NCBI GenBank assembly: GCA_964016885.1
Contig: OZ024743.1
Coordinates: 153,078,001 to 153,142,000, forward strand
Direction of reading: 5' to 3'
Source: Eledone cirrhosa
Lineage: Eukaryota
DNA length: 64,000 nt
Every line of letters starts with the position of its first letter. Position 1 is the first letter of the stretch. Made by a program: the position numbers and the translations under genes. Below the pieces are notes generated by a model. That model was not told the origin of the DNA, did not search any database, and saw only the letters and a program-made list of their open reading frames with translations. Positions 63,823 through 64,000 of the stretch are shown piece after piece.

Positions 63823-64000
63823 TTAAAATATTTAATCCCTATATTAAAACCAGTCAGAATGTTCTTGAAGAAAACTCGGTTGTTAGATTAAACAGGTTGA
63901 AGAACTACATATTCTATTTTTAGTTATATGTGCACTGTTGTGTGATGGGAGGCTATCACTGTGCTAGGTCTGTCAATGTTATCAACTCCCTATAGAATCT

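Overview
AT-rich, microsatellite-dense eukaryotic DNA, intronic or intergenic. The repeat content (tRNA-derived SINEs with ATT tails, RTE LINEs with C2H2 fingers) suggests an octopus or other coleoid cephalopod; this is an inference. No host gene can be supported with confidence, and almost all long ORFs are retroelement remnants or microsatellite artefacts. Recognisable content: many RTE-clade LINE fragments; one near full-length L1/Tx1-type LINE (56274-62168); R4/Dong-type and CRE-type restriction-like-endonuclease LINE fragments; CR1 fragments; at least three SINE families; non-autonomous RTE derivatives; and mariner, hAT and piggyBac relics. Two patterns stand out. (1) About ten type I hammerhead ribozyme motifs (one intact by inspection, the rest mutated or partial) lie in unrelated non-coding elements, mostly beside (TA)n. 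Two of them sit in 473-bp and 513-bp units present as slightly more than one tandem copy, resembling retrozymes or non-autonomous Penelope-like elements. (2) Microsatellites act as insertion hotspots: a 10-kb chain of seven retro-insertions from four classes joined by (ATT)n linkers (51879-62195), and a comparable pile-up in (TACA)n. All folds and alignments were done by eye and need computational confirmation.
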